Position numbers and translations under genes: made by a program
The notes under the pieces: generated by a model
Databases searched by the model: none
What the model saw: the letters and a program-made list of their open reading frames with translations, nothing else
Told to the model about the DNA's origin: nothing
Assembly: GCA_020346465.1 (NCBI GenBank)
Contig: CP070783.1
Location: forward strand, 1,969,402-2,033,401
Length of the DNA: 64,000 nucleotides
Origin: Deltaproteobacteria bacterium
GTDB lineage: Bacteria > Desulfobacterota > Deferrimicrobia > Deferrimicrobiales > Deferrimicrobiaceae
Direction: 5' to 3'
In this document: in pieces, positions 40,855 through 49,011 of the stretch
Numbering within the stretch: the stretch's first letter is position 1
How the letters are laid out: every line of letters starts with the position of its first letter

Positions 40855-41478
40855 GTGAACGTTCTTCGGGTGCCGGGGGCCGCGGGAATGGTCGGATCGA
40901 ATGAGGAGAACCCGGGGAGGCGGACCCCCGAGAAAACGTCCCTCCTGGGCCTGGTCAGTTTCCAGCCGCGCCTGGCAATCGTCCTGTTCTTCCTGACGGT
41001 TACGGTCGTCGTCGTGGGAGTCCGGATATCGCGGGATTCGGGGATCCGGCGGGTGGACACCCTGGTGCGGGATGCCCAGCGGGCGTTCGCGGTCCCCCGG
41101 AAGGGGGACGCGCGGCCCCTGGATCCGGCGGACGTGGAGGCGCGCATCCGGGAGTGGACGGGCGCCAAAGTCATCCTCCCCCGCGATGAGGAGTCCTTCG
41201 CGTACACCGGGGTTTCCCGGGAGAAGATCGGACGGCAGGTGGCGGCGGTGGTCCGCCTCTCCTTCTCGGGGGATCCGTACCTCCTCCTCGTCGTGCGGAA
41301 AGAGATGATCGGGAGGAGGGGGTCCCAGGGGGCCCTGTTTTCCCGGTCGGGATTCCTCTCCGGGGAAGTGGAGGGAAAGGCGTACGTGTTCTGGGAGCGC
41401 GAGGGGGTCTCGTACCTGGTCGTGACGAATGCGGAGCTGGAGCGGGCATTTGATCTTGTCCGGCGGTACTTCACCTGA
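40855..41478 (+). CDS. hypothetical single-pass membrane protein (anti-sigma-factor-like topology)
   Basis: One TM helix (LAIVLFFLTVTVVVVGV) followed by a roughly 140-aa extracytoplasmic domain; no confident family. Confidence 0.45.
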   Translation: MNVLRVPGAAGMVGSNEENPGRRTPEKTSLLGLVSFQPRLAIVLFFLTVTVVVVGVRISRDSGIRRVDTLVRDAQRAFAVPRKGDARPLDPADVEARIREWTGAKVILPRDEESFAYTGVSREKIGRQVAAVVRLSFSGDPYLLLVVRKEMIGRRGSQGALFSRSGFLSGEVEGKAYVFWEREGVSYLVVTNAELERAFDLVRRYFT

Positions 41479-41486
41479 CAGGGATC

Positions 41487-42143
41487 GTGACGGGAGGGCC
41501 AGCGATGATTGTCGCCAAGAGGATGATGCGGAACCCGGTGGTCGTGGACGAGAACGACTCGATGAAGAAAGCGATGGACATCCTGAAGGAGCGGGAGATC
41601 CGCCACCTTCCGGTGCTGCGGGGAGGGGACAAGCTCGTGGGGATCGTGACCGAGGAGGACATCAAGCAGGCATCCCCCTCTCCCGCCACTGCCCTCGAGA
41701 TCCGCGAGATCTTCTATCTGCTCGACAAGATCCGGGTGAAGCAGATCATGACGCGAAGGGTGTACACGGTCTCCCCGACAGCCCCCATCGAGGAGGCCGC
41801 CGCGGTCATGCGGGAAAAGAAGATCGGGTGCCTCCCCGTCGTGGAGAAGGGGAGGCTCGTCGGCATCCTGACCGAGACCGACATCCTCGATGCGTTTCTC
41901 GAATCGATGGGGGTCCACGGGCCCGGGTACCGGGTCGAACTGGGCGTGCCGGACAGTCCCGAGGTGCTCCTCGAGGTGGTCCGGTTCTTCCATGGTCTCG
42001 ACGCGAGCATCGTCTCCCTGGCCACCGTTTCCCACGAAGACCCGAAGAGGAAGGTCCTCGTCCTGCGGGTCGAGACGAACAGCTACAAGGTCCTCAAGGC
42101 AGCCATCAAGAAGAGCGGCTACGAACTTCTTACGGCCGATTGA
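41487..42143 (+). CDS. CBS-pair plus ACT domain protein (paralog of 30058..30717)
   Basis: Two CBS motifs (IRHLPVLRGGDKLVGIVTEEDI; CLPVVEKGRLVGILTETDIL) and a C-terminal ACT-like domain. Confidence 0.7.
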   Translation: MTGGPAMIVAKRMMRNPVVVDENDSMKKAMDILKEREIRHLPVLRGGDKLVGIVTEEDIKQASPSPATALEIREIFYLLDKIRVKQIMTRRVYTVSPTAPIEEAAAVMREKKIGCLPVVEKGRLVGILTETDILDAFLESMGVHGPGYRVELGVPDSPEVLLEVVRFFHGLDASIVSLATVSHEDPKRKVLVLRVETNSYKVLKAAIKKSGYELLTAD

Positions 42144-42188
42144 CCGGCGTCAAGGAACGATCGGGAAGGACGAGGCATCTTATAGATA

Positions 42189-42437
42189 ATGGGCTTTTTC
42201 GCGGGAGGAGGTGTGGACATGAGAACGGATGTAGAGAGGGTCCTGGAGAAGATTCGCCCGGCCCTGCAGGCGGACGGGGGCGACGTGGAACTCGTCGACG
42301 TCGAAGGGGGCGTGGTGAAGGTGCGACTGACCGGCGCGTGCGGGGGCTGTCCCATGGCGACCGTCACGCTGAAGCACGGGATCGAGGCGACGCTGAAAGA
42401 GGAGATTCCCTCGGTAGACCGGGTGGAATCCGTTTAG
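42189..42437 (+). CDS. NifU-domain (Nfu-type) Fe-S cluster carrier protein
   Basis: [40 protein letters not shown] is the Nfu/NifU C-terminal domain CxxC signature; likely start at the internal ATG at 42219. Confidence 0.7.
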   Translation: MGFFAGGGVDMRTDVERVLEKIRPALQADGGDVELVDVEGGVVKVRLTGACGGCPMATVTLKHGIEATLKEEIPSVDRVESV

Positions 42438-42463
42438 CCGGACCACCGGACGGAGGCGACAGG

Positions 42464-42600
42464 GCGTACAGGATCAACGACGAGTGCATCGCGGAGGGGG
42501 AGCCGACCTGCTCCGTCGATGCGGGCAGGTGGACGGATTGCGCTGCCTGCGCGGCGGTTTGCCCGACCGCGTCGTGCGTGCCGGCCTGGCCGGGCGCTCG
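42464..42600 (+). pseudogene. ferredoxin-like coding remnant without a start codon (degenerate first cluster motif)
   Basis: Frame 2 reads AYRINDECIAEGEPTCSVDAGRWTDCAACAAVCPTA, compared with the 2[4Fe-4S] ferredoxin consensus AYxInDeCIaCGaCepeCPvdAI...DCgaCadvCP; first CxxCxxC lost, second half retained; no ATG/GTG/TTG upstream in frame. Confidence 0.25.
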
Positions 42601-42734
42601 CGGGTTGTCCGGTCGACCCGCTGCGCCGGGTCGAGCCCGGCAGCAATGCGGAAAACGGGACGGGGAAGCGGAACGGTGTTCCTCCGCTTCCCCGTCGTTC
42701 CTTCCCGGTCCCCGGCGGACCCCGCCGGCCCGTC

Positions 42735-43280
42735 CTAGAGAAGCTTCTTCACCTCGCTGTCGAAGGCGTCCCGGTCCAGATACCCCACGTGGACGTTTCG
42801 GATCGTGCCGTCCTTCCCGATGAAGACGGTGGTCGGCAGGGAGGAGACGCCCCCGTAGGCCCTCGTGGTGGCGAGGTCCCCCAGGAGGATCCGGTACTCG
42901 ATCCCGTAATTCATGACGAAGGCCGGGAGTTCCTGCCGGGTGTCGGTGTCGAGGGATATCCCCACGAGCTCGAACCCCCTGTCCCGGTACTTGTTGTAGA
43001 CGTCCACGAATCCCGGGATCTCCTCCACGCAGGCGGGGCACCACGTGGCGAAGAAGTTGATCACGGTGGGTTTTCCCAGGAAACGGGAGGAGTGGACGAC
43101 GTTGCCGCTCACGTCCTTCAGGGAGAAGGTCGGTGCGGTCGCGCCCGCGGAAAGCGCGGCTCCGACCGTCGCCCCCCCCCCGTCGCCCGGATCCCTGTAC
43201 GGCGAGTTCGAGGAGAGCAGAACGGCCCCCGTGAACGACAGGACCAGGACCGCCACCAGCAGGAAGTGGGCGGGTTTCAT
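42735..43280 (-). CDS. TlpA-family thiol-disulfide oxidoreductase (periplasmic thioredoxin-like)
   Basis: Signal/anchor MKPAHFLLVAVLVL, active site FFATWCPACVEEIP. Confidence 0.75.
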   Translation of the reverse strand: MKPAHFLLVAVLVLSFTGAVLLSSNSPYRDPGDGGGATVGAALSAGATAPTFSLKDVSGNVVHSSRFLGKPTVINFFATWCPACVEEIPGFVDVYNKYRDRGFELVGISLDTDTRQELPAFVMNYGIEYRILLGDLATTRAYGGVSSLPTTVFIGKDGTIRNVHVGYLDRDAFDSEVKKLL

Positions 43281-43479
43281 CCGGAACCTCCCGCGGGTTC
43301 CGATCCCTCCCGATTCGTCTGGCTCTTTCCCCCGGAGTTGTGCATCCTGTTATTGTAAAGAGATAAAGATGAAACGAAAAGCCCGCTCTCCTAATCGTAC
43401 AGGGTAGGAACATCCATGCCGCGGGAGGCGGGCCGCACGAGGCGGGAAGATCGGCAGGCCCTGACCGGGAGGACGCGCG

Positions 43480-43677
43480 ATGGCAGAGTGGACGATGGAA
43501 GAGGTGCTGCGCCTGGCGCTCCGGCACGAGACGGAGAATTTCGCGGAATACAAGAAGGCCTCGGAAGAAGCGCAGAACCCGGCGATCCGGGCGATGTTCC
43601 AGTTTCTGGCGGATGAGGAGCGGGGTCACATCAAGCTGATCCGGGACAAGATGGCCGAGTTCCAGGTGAAGGAGTAG
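43480..43677 (+). CDS. small rubrerythrin/ferritin-like half-domain protein (65 aa)
   Basis: Two-helix unit with E..E..Y (ALRHETENFAEY) and ExxH (ADEERGHIKL) diiron-ligand spacing; sits upstream of nifS. Confidence 0.55.
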   Translation: MAEWTMEEVLRLALRHETENFAEYKKASEEAQNPAIRAMFQFLADEERGHIKLIRDKMAEFQVKE

Positions 43678-43685
43678 GCGGGGGG

Positions 43686-44903
43686 TTGCCGTTGGCGCAC
43701 ATCTTCTTCGACCATATCTCCACAACGCCTCTCGACCCGCGGGTGCTCGCGGCGATGATGCCGTATTTCACCGAGCGATACGGAAACCCGTCGTCGCACA
43801 TTCACGACCAGGGACAGGCGGCGGTGAAGGCGGTGGACGCCGCCCGGGCGGATGTCGCCGCGCTCGTCCGCGCGAAGCCCCAGGAAATCGTCTTCACCTC
43901 CGGCGCGACCGAGGCGAACAACCTGGCGATCAAGGGCGCGGCGGAAGGCAGCGGGAAGAAGGGGAAGCACCTGGTGGTCTCCGAGGTGGAGCACTTCTCC
44001 GTGCTGAACGCGCTCCGGCCTCTTCGCAACCGGGGATACGAGGTCACGACCGTGCGGGCCGACTCCGACGGAAAGGTCGATCCGTCCGACGTGCGAAGGG
44101 CCATTCGTCCCGACACCGTTCTCGTCTCGGTGATGCACGCCAACGCCGAGATCGGGACCGTCGAGCCCATCGAGGAGATCGGGCGCATCGCAAGGGAGCG
44201 GGAGGTCCTGTTCCACACGGACGCGACCGCGTCGGCGGGGCACATCCCGCTCGATGTCCGGGCGGCGGGGGCGGACCTGGTCACGCTGTCGGCGCACCAT
44301 TTCTACGGTCCCAAGGGAACCGGGGCCCTCGTGGTGCGGGAGGGGGTGTCGCTCGAATCCCAGATCGACGGCGGGTTCCAGGAGATGGGCTTCCGTGCCG
44401 GGACGGAAAACGTGCCCGGGATCGCAGGGATGGGCCAGGCGGCGCGCATCGCCTCCGAGGAGATGGGACAGTGGGCGGCGCACCTGGGCCGGCTCGGAAA
44501 CCGTCTGCGCGACGGCATCGCCTCCTCGATCGGGCACCTCCACTTCACCGGCCATCCCACGGACCGGCTCCCGGGTCACGTGAGCTTCTGGGTCGAGTTC
44601 GCGGAGGGCGAGTCGCTCCTGCTGTTCCTCAACGTCCGCGGCGTGATGGCGGCGTCGGGATCGGCGTGCAGCTCGAACCTGAAAGGCCGGGACGAGGAGG
44701 ACCTGGTCGCCTCCCACGTGCTCCGGGCGATCGGGGTCCCGAGCGACATCTGCACGGGATCGATCACCTTCAGCATGGGCAAGGGGAACACCGAGCAGGA
44801 GGTGGACCACGTCCTGTCGGTCCTGCCGGATATCGTCCGGCGGCTGTGGGAGATGTCGCCCACCTATCTCGACTACCAGAAGAAGATCCCGCAGGGAGGG
44901 TAA
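43686..44903 (+). CDS. nifS: cysteine desulfurase (NifS/IscS class I)
   Basis: PLP-fold motifs IVFTSGATEANN, SAHHFYGPKG (PLP lysine) and active-site loop SGSACSS; TTG start. Confidence 0.85.
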   Translation: MPLAHIFFDHISTTPLDPRVLAAMMPYFTERYGNPSSHIHDQGQAAVKAVDAARADVAALVRAKPQEIVFTSGATEANNLAIKGAAEGSGKKGKHLVVSEVEHFSVLNALRPLRNRGYEVTTVRADSDGKVDPSDVRRAIRPDTVLVSVMHANAEIGTVEPIEEIGRIAREREVLFHTDATASAGHIPLDVRAAGADLVTLSAHHFYGPKGTGALVVREGVSLESQIDGGFQEMGFRAGTENVPGIAGMGQAARIASEEMGQWAAHLGRLGNRLRDGIASSIGHLHFTGHPTDRLPGHVSFWVEFAEGESLLLFLNVRGVMAASGSACSSNLKGRDEEDLVASHVLRAIGVPSDICTGSITFSMGKGNTEQEVDHVLSVLPDIVRRLWEMSPTYLDYQKKIPQGG

Positions 44904-44909
44904 GCGGCG

Positions 44910-45293
44910 ATGGCGAGCGGACCATACAGCGAGAAGGTGATGGATCACTTCATGAACCCGAGAAACGTCGGCGAGATCGAGGACGCCAGCGGGGTCGGCG
45001 AGGTCGGGAATCCGGCCTGCGGGGACATGATGCGCCTCTATCTCAAGGTCGAGGGCGGGAAGGTCGTGGACGCGAAGTTCCGCACCTTCGGCTGCGGGGC
45101 CGCCATCGCCTCCAGCTCCATGCTGACGGAGATGATCAGGGGGAAGACGATCGAGGAGGCGCAGGCCATCACGAACCAGCACGTCGCCGACGCACTCGAC
45201 GGCCTGCCGGCCGTGAAGATCCACTGCTCGGTCATGGCCGAGGAGGCGGTGAAGGCGGCTCTGGACGACTACCGGAAGAAGAATCCCGCCTGA
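44910..45293 (+). CDS. nifU: Fe-S cluster assembly scaffold (IscU/NifU N-terminal type)
   Basis: [29 protein letters not shown] and HCS scaffold cysteines. Confidence 0.85.
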   Translation: MASGPYSEKVMDHFMNPRNVGEIEDASGVGEVGNPACGDMMRLYLKVEGGKVVDAKFRTFGCGAAIASSSMLTEMIRGKTIEEAQAITNQHVADALDGLPAVKIHCSVMAEEAVKAALDDYRKKNPA

Positions 45294-45313
45294 CCCGGGA
45301 GGGTTGCCCGGCG

Positions 45314-45775
45314 ATGCTGGACCTGAACGAGATCGAGATCCTGCAGGTTGCCCTGGCGCACGAGCGGCAGGCGCGGATCTTTTACGAGCGGCTGGCCCGG
45401 CGGCAGGGAGACACCCCGGCGGGAGACCTGTTCCACTTCCTCGCGGCAGAGGAGGAGGGACACATCCGCAAGCTGTCCGCGATGCACGGGATCCCCGCGT
45501 ACGAGGCCGGATGGGAGGAGAAGTACCTGCCGTACATGATCGACCTGGACCGCCTCGCCTGGGAGGAAGGGGTCGAGGCGGGGGGCGCCGAAGGGCCCGA
45601 CGCGCAGCGGAAGGGGCTCTCCGTGGCGCGGAAGGCGGAATCGCATGCCGTCGCCTTCTACCATCAGGCCTCGAAGAGCGTCGAGGATGACCGCATGCGG
45701 AACCTGCTCGCCGGGCTGGAGGACGAGGAAAGGATCCATCTCGCGAAGATCGACGCGTTTCTGAAGGACCTGTAG
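45314..45775 (+). CDS. rubrerythrin/ferritin-like four-helix-bundle protein (153 aa, two E..ExxH half-sites)
   Basis: First half ALAHERQARIFYERLA...AAEEEGHIRKL, second half ARKAESHAVAFYHQAS...LEDEERIHLAKI; diiron-carboxylate ligand pattern. Confidence 0.6.
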   Translation: MLDLNEIEILQVALAHERQARIFYERLARRQGDTPAGDLFHFLAAEEEGHIRKLSAMHGIPAYEAGWEEKYLPYMIDLDRLAWEEGVEAGGAEGPDAQRKGLSVARKAESHAVAFYHQASKSVEDDRMRNLLAGLEDEERIHLAKIDAFLKDL

Positions 45776-45812
45776 GAGCCCCGCGGGGCAATCATCCCTT
45801 CCGGAGGCAGGC

Positions 45813-46013
45813 ATGAAGACTTCGAATCCCGTGGACGTGATGCGGATGGCGCTGGAGCGCGAGAAGGCGGCGGTCCGGGACTACTCGGAATTCGCGAAGA
45901 CGGCCAAGGAGCCGTCGATCCGGGAGATGTTCCTCTACCTGGTGCAGGAGGAGGAAAAGCACGTGAAACTCCTGCAGGACGAGATTGACCGGGAGGTCAA
46001 TCAGGAGATGTAG
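45813..46013 (+). CDS. small rubrerythrin/ferritin-like half-domain protein (66 aa), paralog of 43480..43677
   Basis: MALEREKAAVRDYSEFA...LVQEEEKHVKLLQDEI has the same E..E..Y / ExxH pattern. Confidence 0.55.
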   Translation: MKTSNPVDVMRMALEREKAAVRDYSEFAKTAKEPSIREMFLYLVQEEEKHVKLLQDEIDREVNQEM

Positions 46014-46021
46014 GGGGGGCG

Positions 46022-47446
46022 ATGCTTTCCCTCTACGACACCGTTTCCCGGAAGAAGGTCCCGCTCGTTCCCCTCCGGCCGGACCGGGTCGGGATATACA
46101 CCTGCGGCCCCACCGTGTACCGCTACGTCCACATCGGAAACCTGCGGACCTATCTGCTGACGGACCTTCTCCTGCGGGCCGTCCGGTTCGACGGACTCGC
46201 CCCGTTCTCCGTCCAGAACATCACCGACATGGGACACATGCACCAGGAGCAGCTCGCGCAGACGGAGGACAAGGTCATCGCCGCCGCCCGGGCCGCGGGG
46301 AAGACGGCGAAGGAGATCGCGGAGTTCTTCACCGGGGCGTTCTTCCGGGATTGCCGGAGGATGAATTTCCTCCCTTCCGACGTCTACCCGCGCGCGTCGA
46401 CCCACGTCCCCGAGATGATCGCGATGGCGAAGGAGCTGGAGGGGAAGGGAGTGACGTACGGCGAGGGCGGCTACCTCTATTTCGACGTGACGAAGGCGAA
46501 GGGGTACGGGGAGCTGTCCGGCGCGGTCCTGGGGGAAGGGGAGACGGCCGGCCGGACGGACGAATCGATCCATCGCCGGAAGAATCGCCCGGAGGATTTC
46601 TCGCTCTGGCTCGCGGCCGATCCCGGGAGGGAGTTTCTCTGGGAGAGCCCGTGGGGGCTCGGCTGGCCCGGCTGGCACATCGAGTGCGCGGCGATGGCGG
46701 AAAAGTACCTCGGCAGGGAGTTCGACATCCACGTCGGGGGGGTGGACCTGCGGTTCCCCCACCATGAGAACTCCCGGGCGATGGCGATGACGGCCACCGG
46801 CGGGCGGTTCGCCCTTCTCTGGGTGCACGCGGCGCACCTGCTCGTCGACGGGCGCAAGATGTCCAAGTCGCTTTCGAACGAGTACACGCTCGACGACCTC
46901 GAGTCCCGGGGCGTGAGCCCGATGGACTTCCGGTACCACTGCCTCACGCTCCATTACCGGACGCCGATGAACTTCACCTGGGCGGCGCAGGGGGCGTCCG
47001 CGAAGGCGCTCGCGAGACTGCGCGAGGCGTTTTCCGGGAAGGGGGAGACGGGCGCAGGGGGCGGCCGGGCGGACGGGGCGGAAGGGTTCCGGCGCCGTTT
47101 CCGGGAGGCGATCGGGGACGACCTGAACGCTCCCAGGGCGCTTGCCGTCGTGCACGAGGCGGCCCGGTCGGACCTTCCGGGAGATGTCGTGAGGGAGCTG
47201 GCCCGGGAGTGGGACGCGGTGCTGGGCGTGGGACTTCTGGGGGAGGTCTCCGGGGAAGGGGCCGGGGAAAGTGCGCCGGGGGGGGAGGCCGCCCCGGCGG
47301 AGGTGGTCGGCCTCGCGCGTAGCCGCGACAGGTGCCGGCGGGAGCGCAGGTTCGCCGAGGCGGACGCCCTGCGCGAGAGGATCCGGGAAGCCGGGTACGA
47401 TGTCGTCGACGGGAAGGACGGAGCCGGGAGGGTGCGGAAGAGATGA
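46022..47446 (+). CDS. cysS: cysteinyl-tRNA synthetase
   Basis: Class I HIGH (YTCGPTVYRYVHIGN) and KMSKS (KMSKSLSN) motifs. Confidence 0.9.
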   Translation: MLSLYDTVSRKKVPLVPLRPDRVGIYTCGPTVYRYVHIGNLRTYLLTDLLLRAVRFDGLAPFSVQNITDMGHMHQEQLAQTEDKVIAAARAAGKTAKEIAEFFTGAFFRDCRRMNFLPSDVYPRASTHVPEMIAMAKELEGKGVTYGEGGYLYFDVTKAKGYGELSGAVLGEGETAGRTDESIHRRKNRPEDFSLWLAADPGREFLWESPWGLGWPGWHIECAAMAEKYLGREFDIHVGGVDLRFPHHENSRAMAMTATGGRFALLWVHAAHLLVDGRKMSKSLSNEYTLDDLESRGVSPMDFRYHCLTLHYRTPMNFTWAAQGASAKALARLREAFSGKGETGAGGGRADGAEGFRRRFREAIGDDLNAPRALAVVHEAARSDLPGDVVRELAREWDAVLGVGLLGEVSGEGAGESAPGGEAAPAEVVGLARSRDRCRRERRFAEADALRERIREAGYDVVDGKDGAGRVRKR

Positions 47447-48441
47447 AATCCCTGAAGAAGGAGCCTGTCGTGCGCGTGAAGACGATCGACGACATCATGG
47501 GGATGGCCCACGGGTACCAGCGTTCCATGGCACTGTTCGCGGCCCTCGACCTCGGGGTCTTCTCCGCTCTTGCAAAGGGTCCCGCGGACGCTGCCCGGCT
47601 CGCCCGGGACCTTTCCGCCGATCCCCGACGGCTCTCCATCCTGCTGAACGCTCTCGTGGGGGTGGGGCTTCTCGGGAAACAAGGGAATACCTACCGGAAC
47701 GGGGAGCTTGCCGGCCGTTTCCTCGCGGACGGGCCGCACTCGAAGGCGTCCATCCTCCTGCACCACCTCGACTGCTGGCCGGAGTGGACGTCCCTTGCGG
47801 GCAGGATCCGGACCGGCCGGAGAGCCCCCGGAAAGGGGAAGGGGTACCAGGAGAACTTCATCCGGGGGATGGAGGACAACTCCCGGGAGCGCGCCGTCTC
47901 CGTGGCGACGCAGAATCCCCTGCGGGACGGGGAGCGGGTTCTCGACCTGGGGGGAGGCCCCGGGACCTACGCGGTCGAATGGGCGAAGCGGTACCCCGGC
48001 GCGCATGTGACGGTCTTCGACCTGCCGGAAACGCTTGCGGTCACGAGAAAAATCCTCAAGGAGAAAGGCGCGTCCCGGCTGGTCGCCCTGCGGGAGGGCG
48101 ATTTCCTGCGCGACCGGCTGGGGGGGCCGTACGACTTCGTCTGGATCTCCCAGATCCTCCACGCCTTCTCGGAAAAGGAGTGCCTCTTCCTGCTGCGCAA
48201 GGTGCGCAGGGCGATCGCCCCGGGGGGGCGCGCCGCCGTCCAGGAGTTCCTTCTGGAGCGCGGCGGAACCTTCCCCCCCGGCCCGGCGTTCTTCTCCGTT
48301 CACATGGTCGCGGTGACCGAGGGGGGGAAGGCGTACACTTCGGGGGAGATCGCCGCGATCTTCCGGTCCGCGGGGTTCCGGCGCGTCAAGAGGGGCAGGC
48401 CGGACATCCGGGGGGTGGGGGTGGTCTGGGCGTTCGTCTGA
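47443..48441 (+). CDS. class I SAM-dependent O-methyltransferase (plant-type OMT / dimerisation domain family)
   Basis: N-terminal winged-helix dimerisation region, SAM motif VLDLGGGPGTYA and the acidic DFLRD; ATG overlaps the cysS stop (ATGA). Confidence 0.75.
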   Translation: MKSLKKEPVVRVKTIDDIMGMAHGYQRSMALFAALDLGVFSALAKGPADAARLARDLSADPRRLSILLNALVGVGLLGKQGNTYRNGELAGRFLADGPHSKASILLHHLDCWPEWTSLAGRIRTGRRAPGKGKGYQENFIRGMEDNSRERAVSVATQNPLRDGERVLDLGGGPGTYAVEWAKRYPGAHVTVFDLPETLAVTRKILKEKGASRLVALREGDFLRDRLGGPYDFVWISQILHAFSEKECLFLLRKVRRAIAPGGRAAVQEFLLERGGTFPPGPAFFSVHMVAVTEGGKAYTSGEIAAIFRSAGFRRVKRGRPDIRGVGVVWAFV

Positions 48442-48501
48442 CGGGACGGGATGCCCGAAAGGAGAAACGGGAGGCCGTCCCGGCCTCCCGGCTCCTGTCG
48501 A

Positions 48502-48576
48502 TGGTGGGCGCTACAGGATTTGAACCTGTGACTTCCACCGTGTGAAGGTGGCACTCTACCGCTGAGTTAAGCGCCC
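48502..48576 (-). tRNA. tRNA-Val (anticodon CAC)
   Basis: Reverse complement GGGCGCTTAACTCAGCGGTAGAGTGCCACCTTCACACGGTGG...GGTTCAAATCC...AGCGCCCACCA has a 7-bp acceptor, anticodon loop UUCACAC and the T-loop; the 48300..48554 track ORF is this tRNA read as protein. Confidence 0.85.
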
Positions 48577-48700
48577 GCGGGACCTCCTATTCTACCTTTC
48601 CCCGCGGGCGCATCAAGAGAATTTTCTCCCGTCCTTCCCTCCCCCCGGCGGGCAGGAGAGGGAGACGCCGCTGGCCGTGCCTCCTTTTCCCCCGGTTGCT

Positions 48701-48708
48701 GGTATAAT
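48701..48708 (+). promoter_or_regulatory. extended -10 promoter element TGgTATAAT
   Basis: Perfect TATAAT hexamer (48703-48708) preceded by TG at -15/-16; about 40 nt upstream of a basic micro-ORF and about 210 nt upstream of tRNA-Sec. Confidence 0.4.
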
Positions 48709-48747
48709 GTCCGCGCGATTCCGACACGGAGGACCGAGGGAGCGGAA

Positions 48748-48840
48748 ATGACGACGGAACGGAAGCGGGAGATCCGGCGCCGAAGGAAGAGAAAGGAAAA
48801 ATCCAGGAAGCGCCAGCGGAAAGAGGCGGAAAAGAAGTAG
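48748..48840 (+). CDS. candidate 30-aa ultra-basic micro-ORF (MTTERKREIRRRRKRKEKSRKRQRKEAEKK)
   Basis: ATG preceded by the GGAGGACCGAGGGAGCGGAA SD-like tract; 19 of 30 residues are R/K; lies between the extended -10 promoter and selC. Confidence 0.25.
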   Translation: MTTERKREIRRRRKRKEKSRKRQRKEAEKK

Positions 48841-48915
48841 ACGCCGCCCGCCCCGCGGACGCCCGGGGGATATCGACGCCCCGGCCCCCGCGATGGCGGC
48901 GGACACCTTTCGGAC

Positions 48916-49011
48916 GGAAGCGGATGGGGCGCTGGTGGCCCCCCCGGACTTCAAATCCGGTCGGGAGGCAGCAATGTCTCCGGTGGGTTCGATTCCCTCA
49001 CGCTTCCGCCA
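48916..49011 (+). tRNA. selC: tRNA-Sec (selC), anticodon UCA
   Basis: 96-nt tRNA: 5' GGAAGCGG ... 3' CGCTTCC-G-CCA, long acceptor (7-8 bp), anticodon arm CCGGA-CUUCAAA-UCCGG (U33, UCA, A37), long stem-loop variable arm, T-loop GGTTCGATTCC, discriminator G. Start and end residues are like E. coli selC (GGAAG...CTTCCGCCA). Confidence 0.7.

Noticed and set aside
22677-43280. Possible selenoproteins among the thioredoxin-fold genes (22677..23294, 23296..23634, 42735..43280), given that selC is present
   Set aside because: All three have intact Cys-x-x-Cys active sites encoded by TGC/TGT, with no in-frame TGA; no SECIS-like hairpin was noticed
48300-48554. 84-aa minus-strand ORF MPPSHGGSHRFKSCS...
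   Set aside because: It is tRNA-Val(CAC) read as protein (the GTG start lies inside the D-arm)
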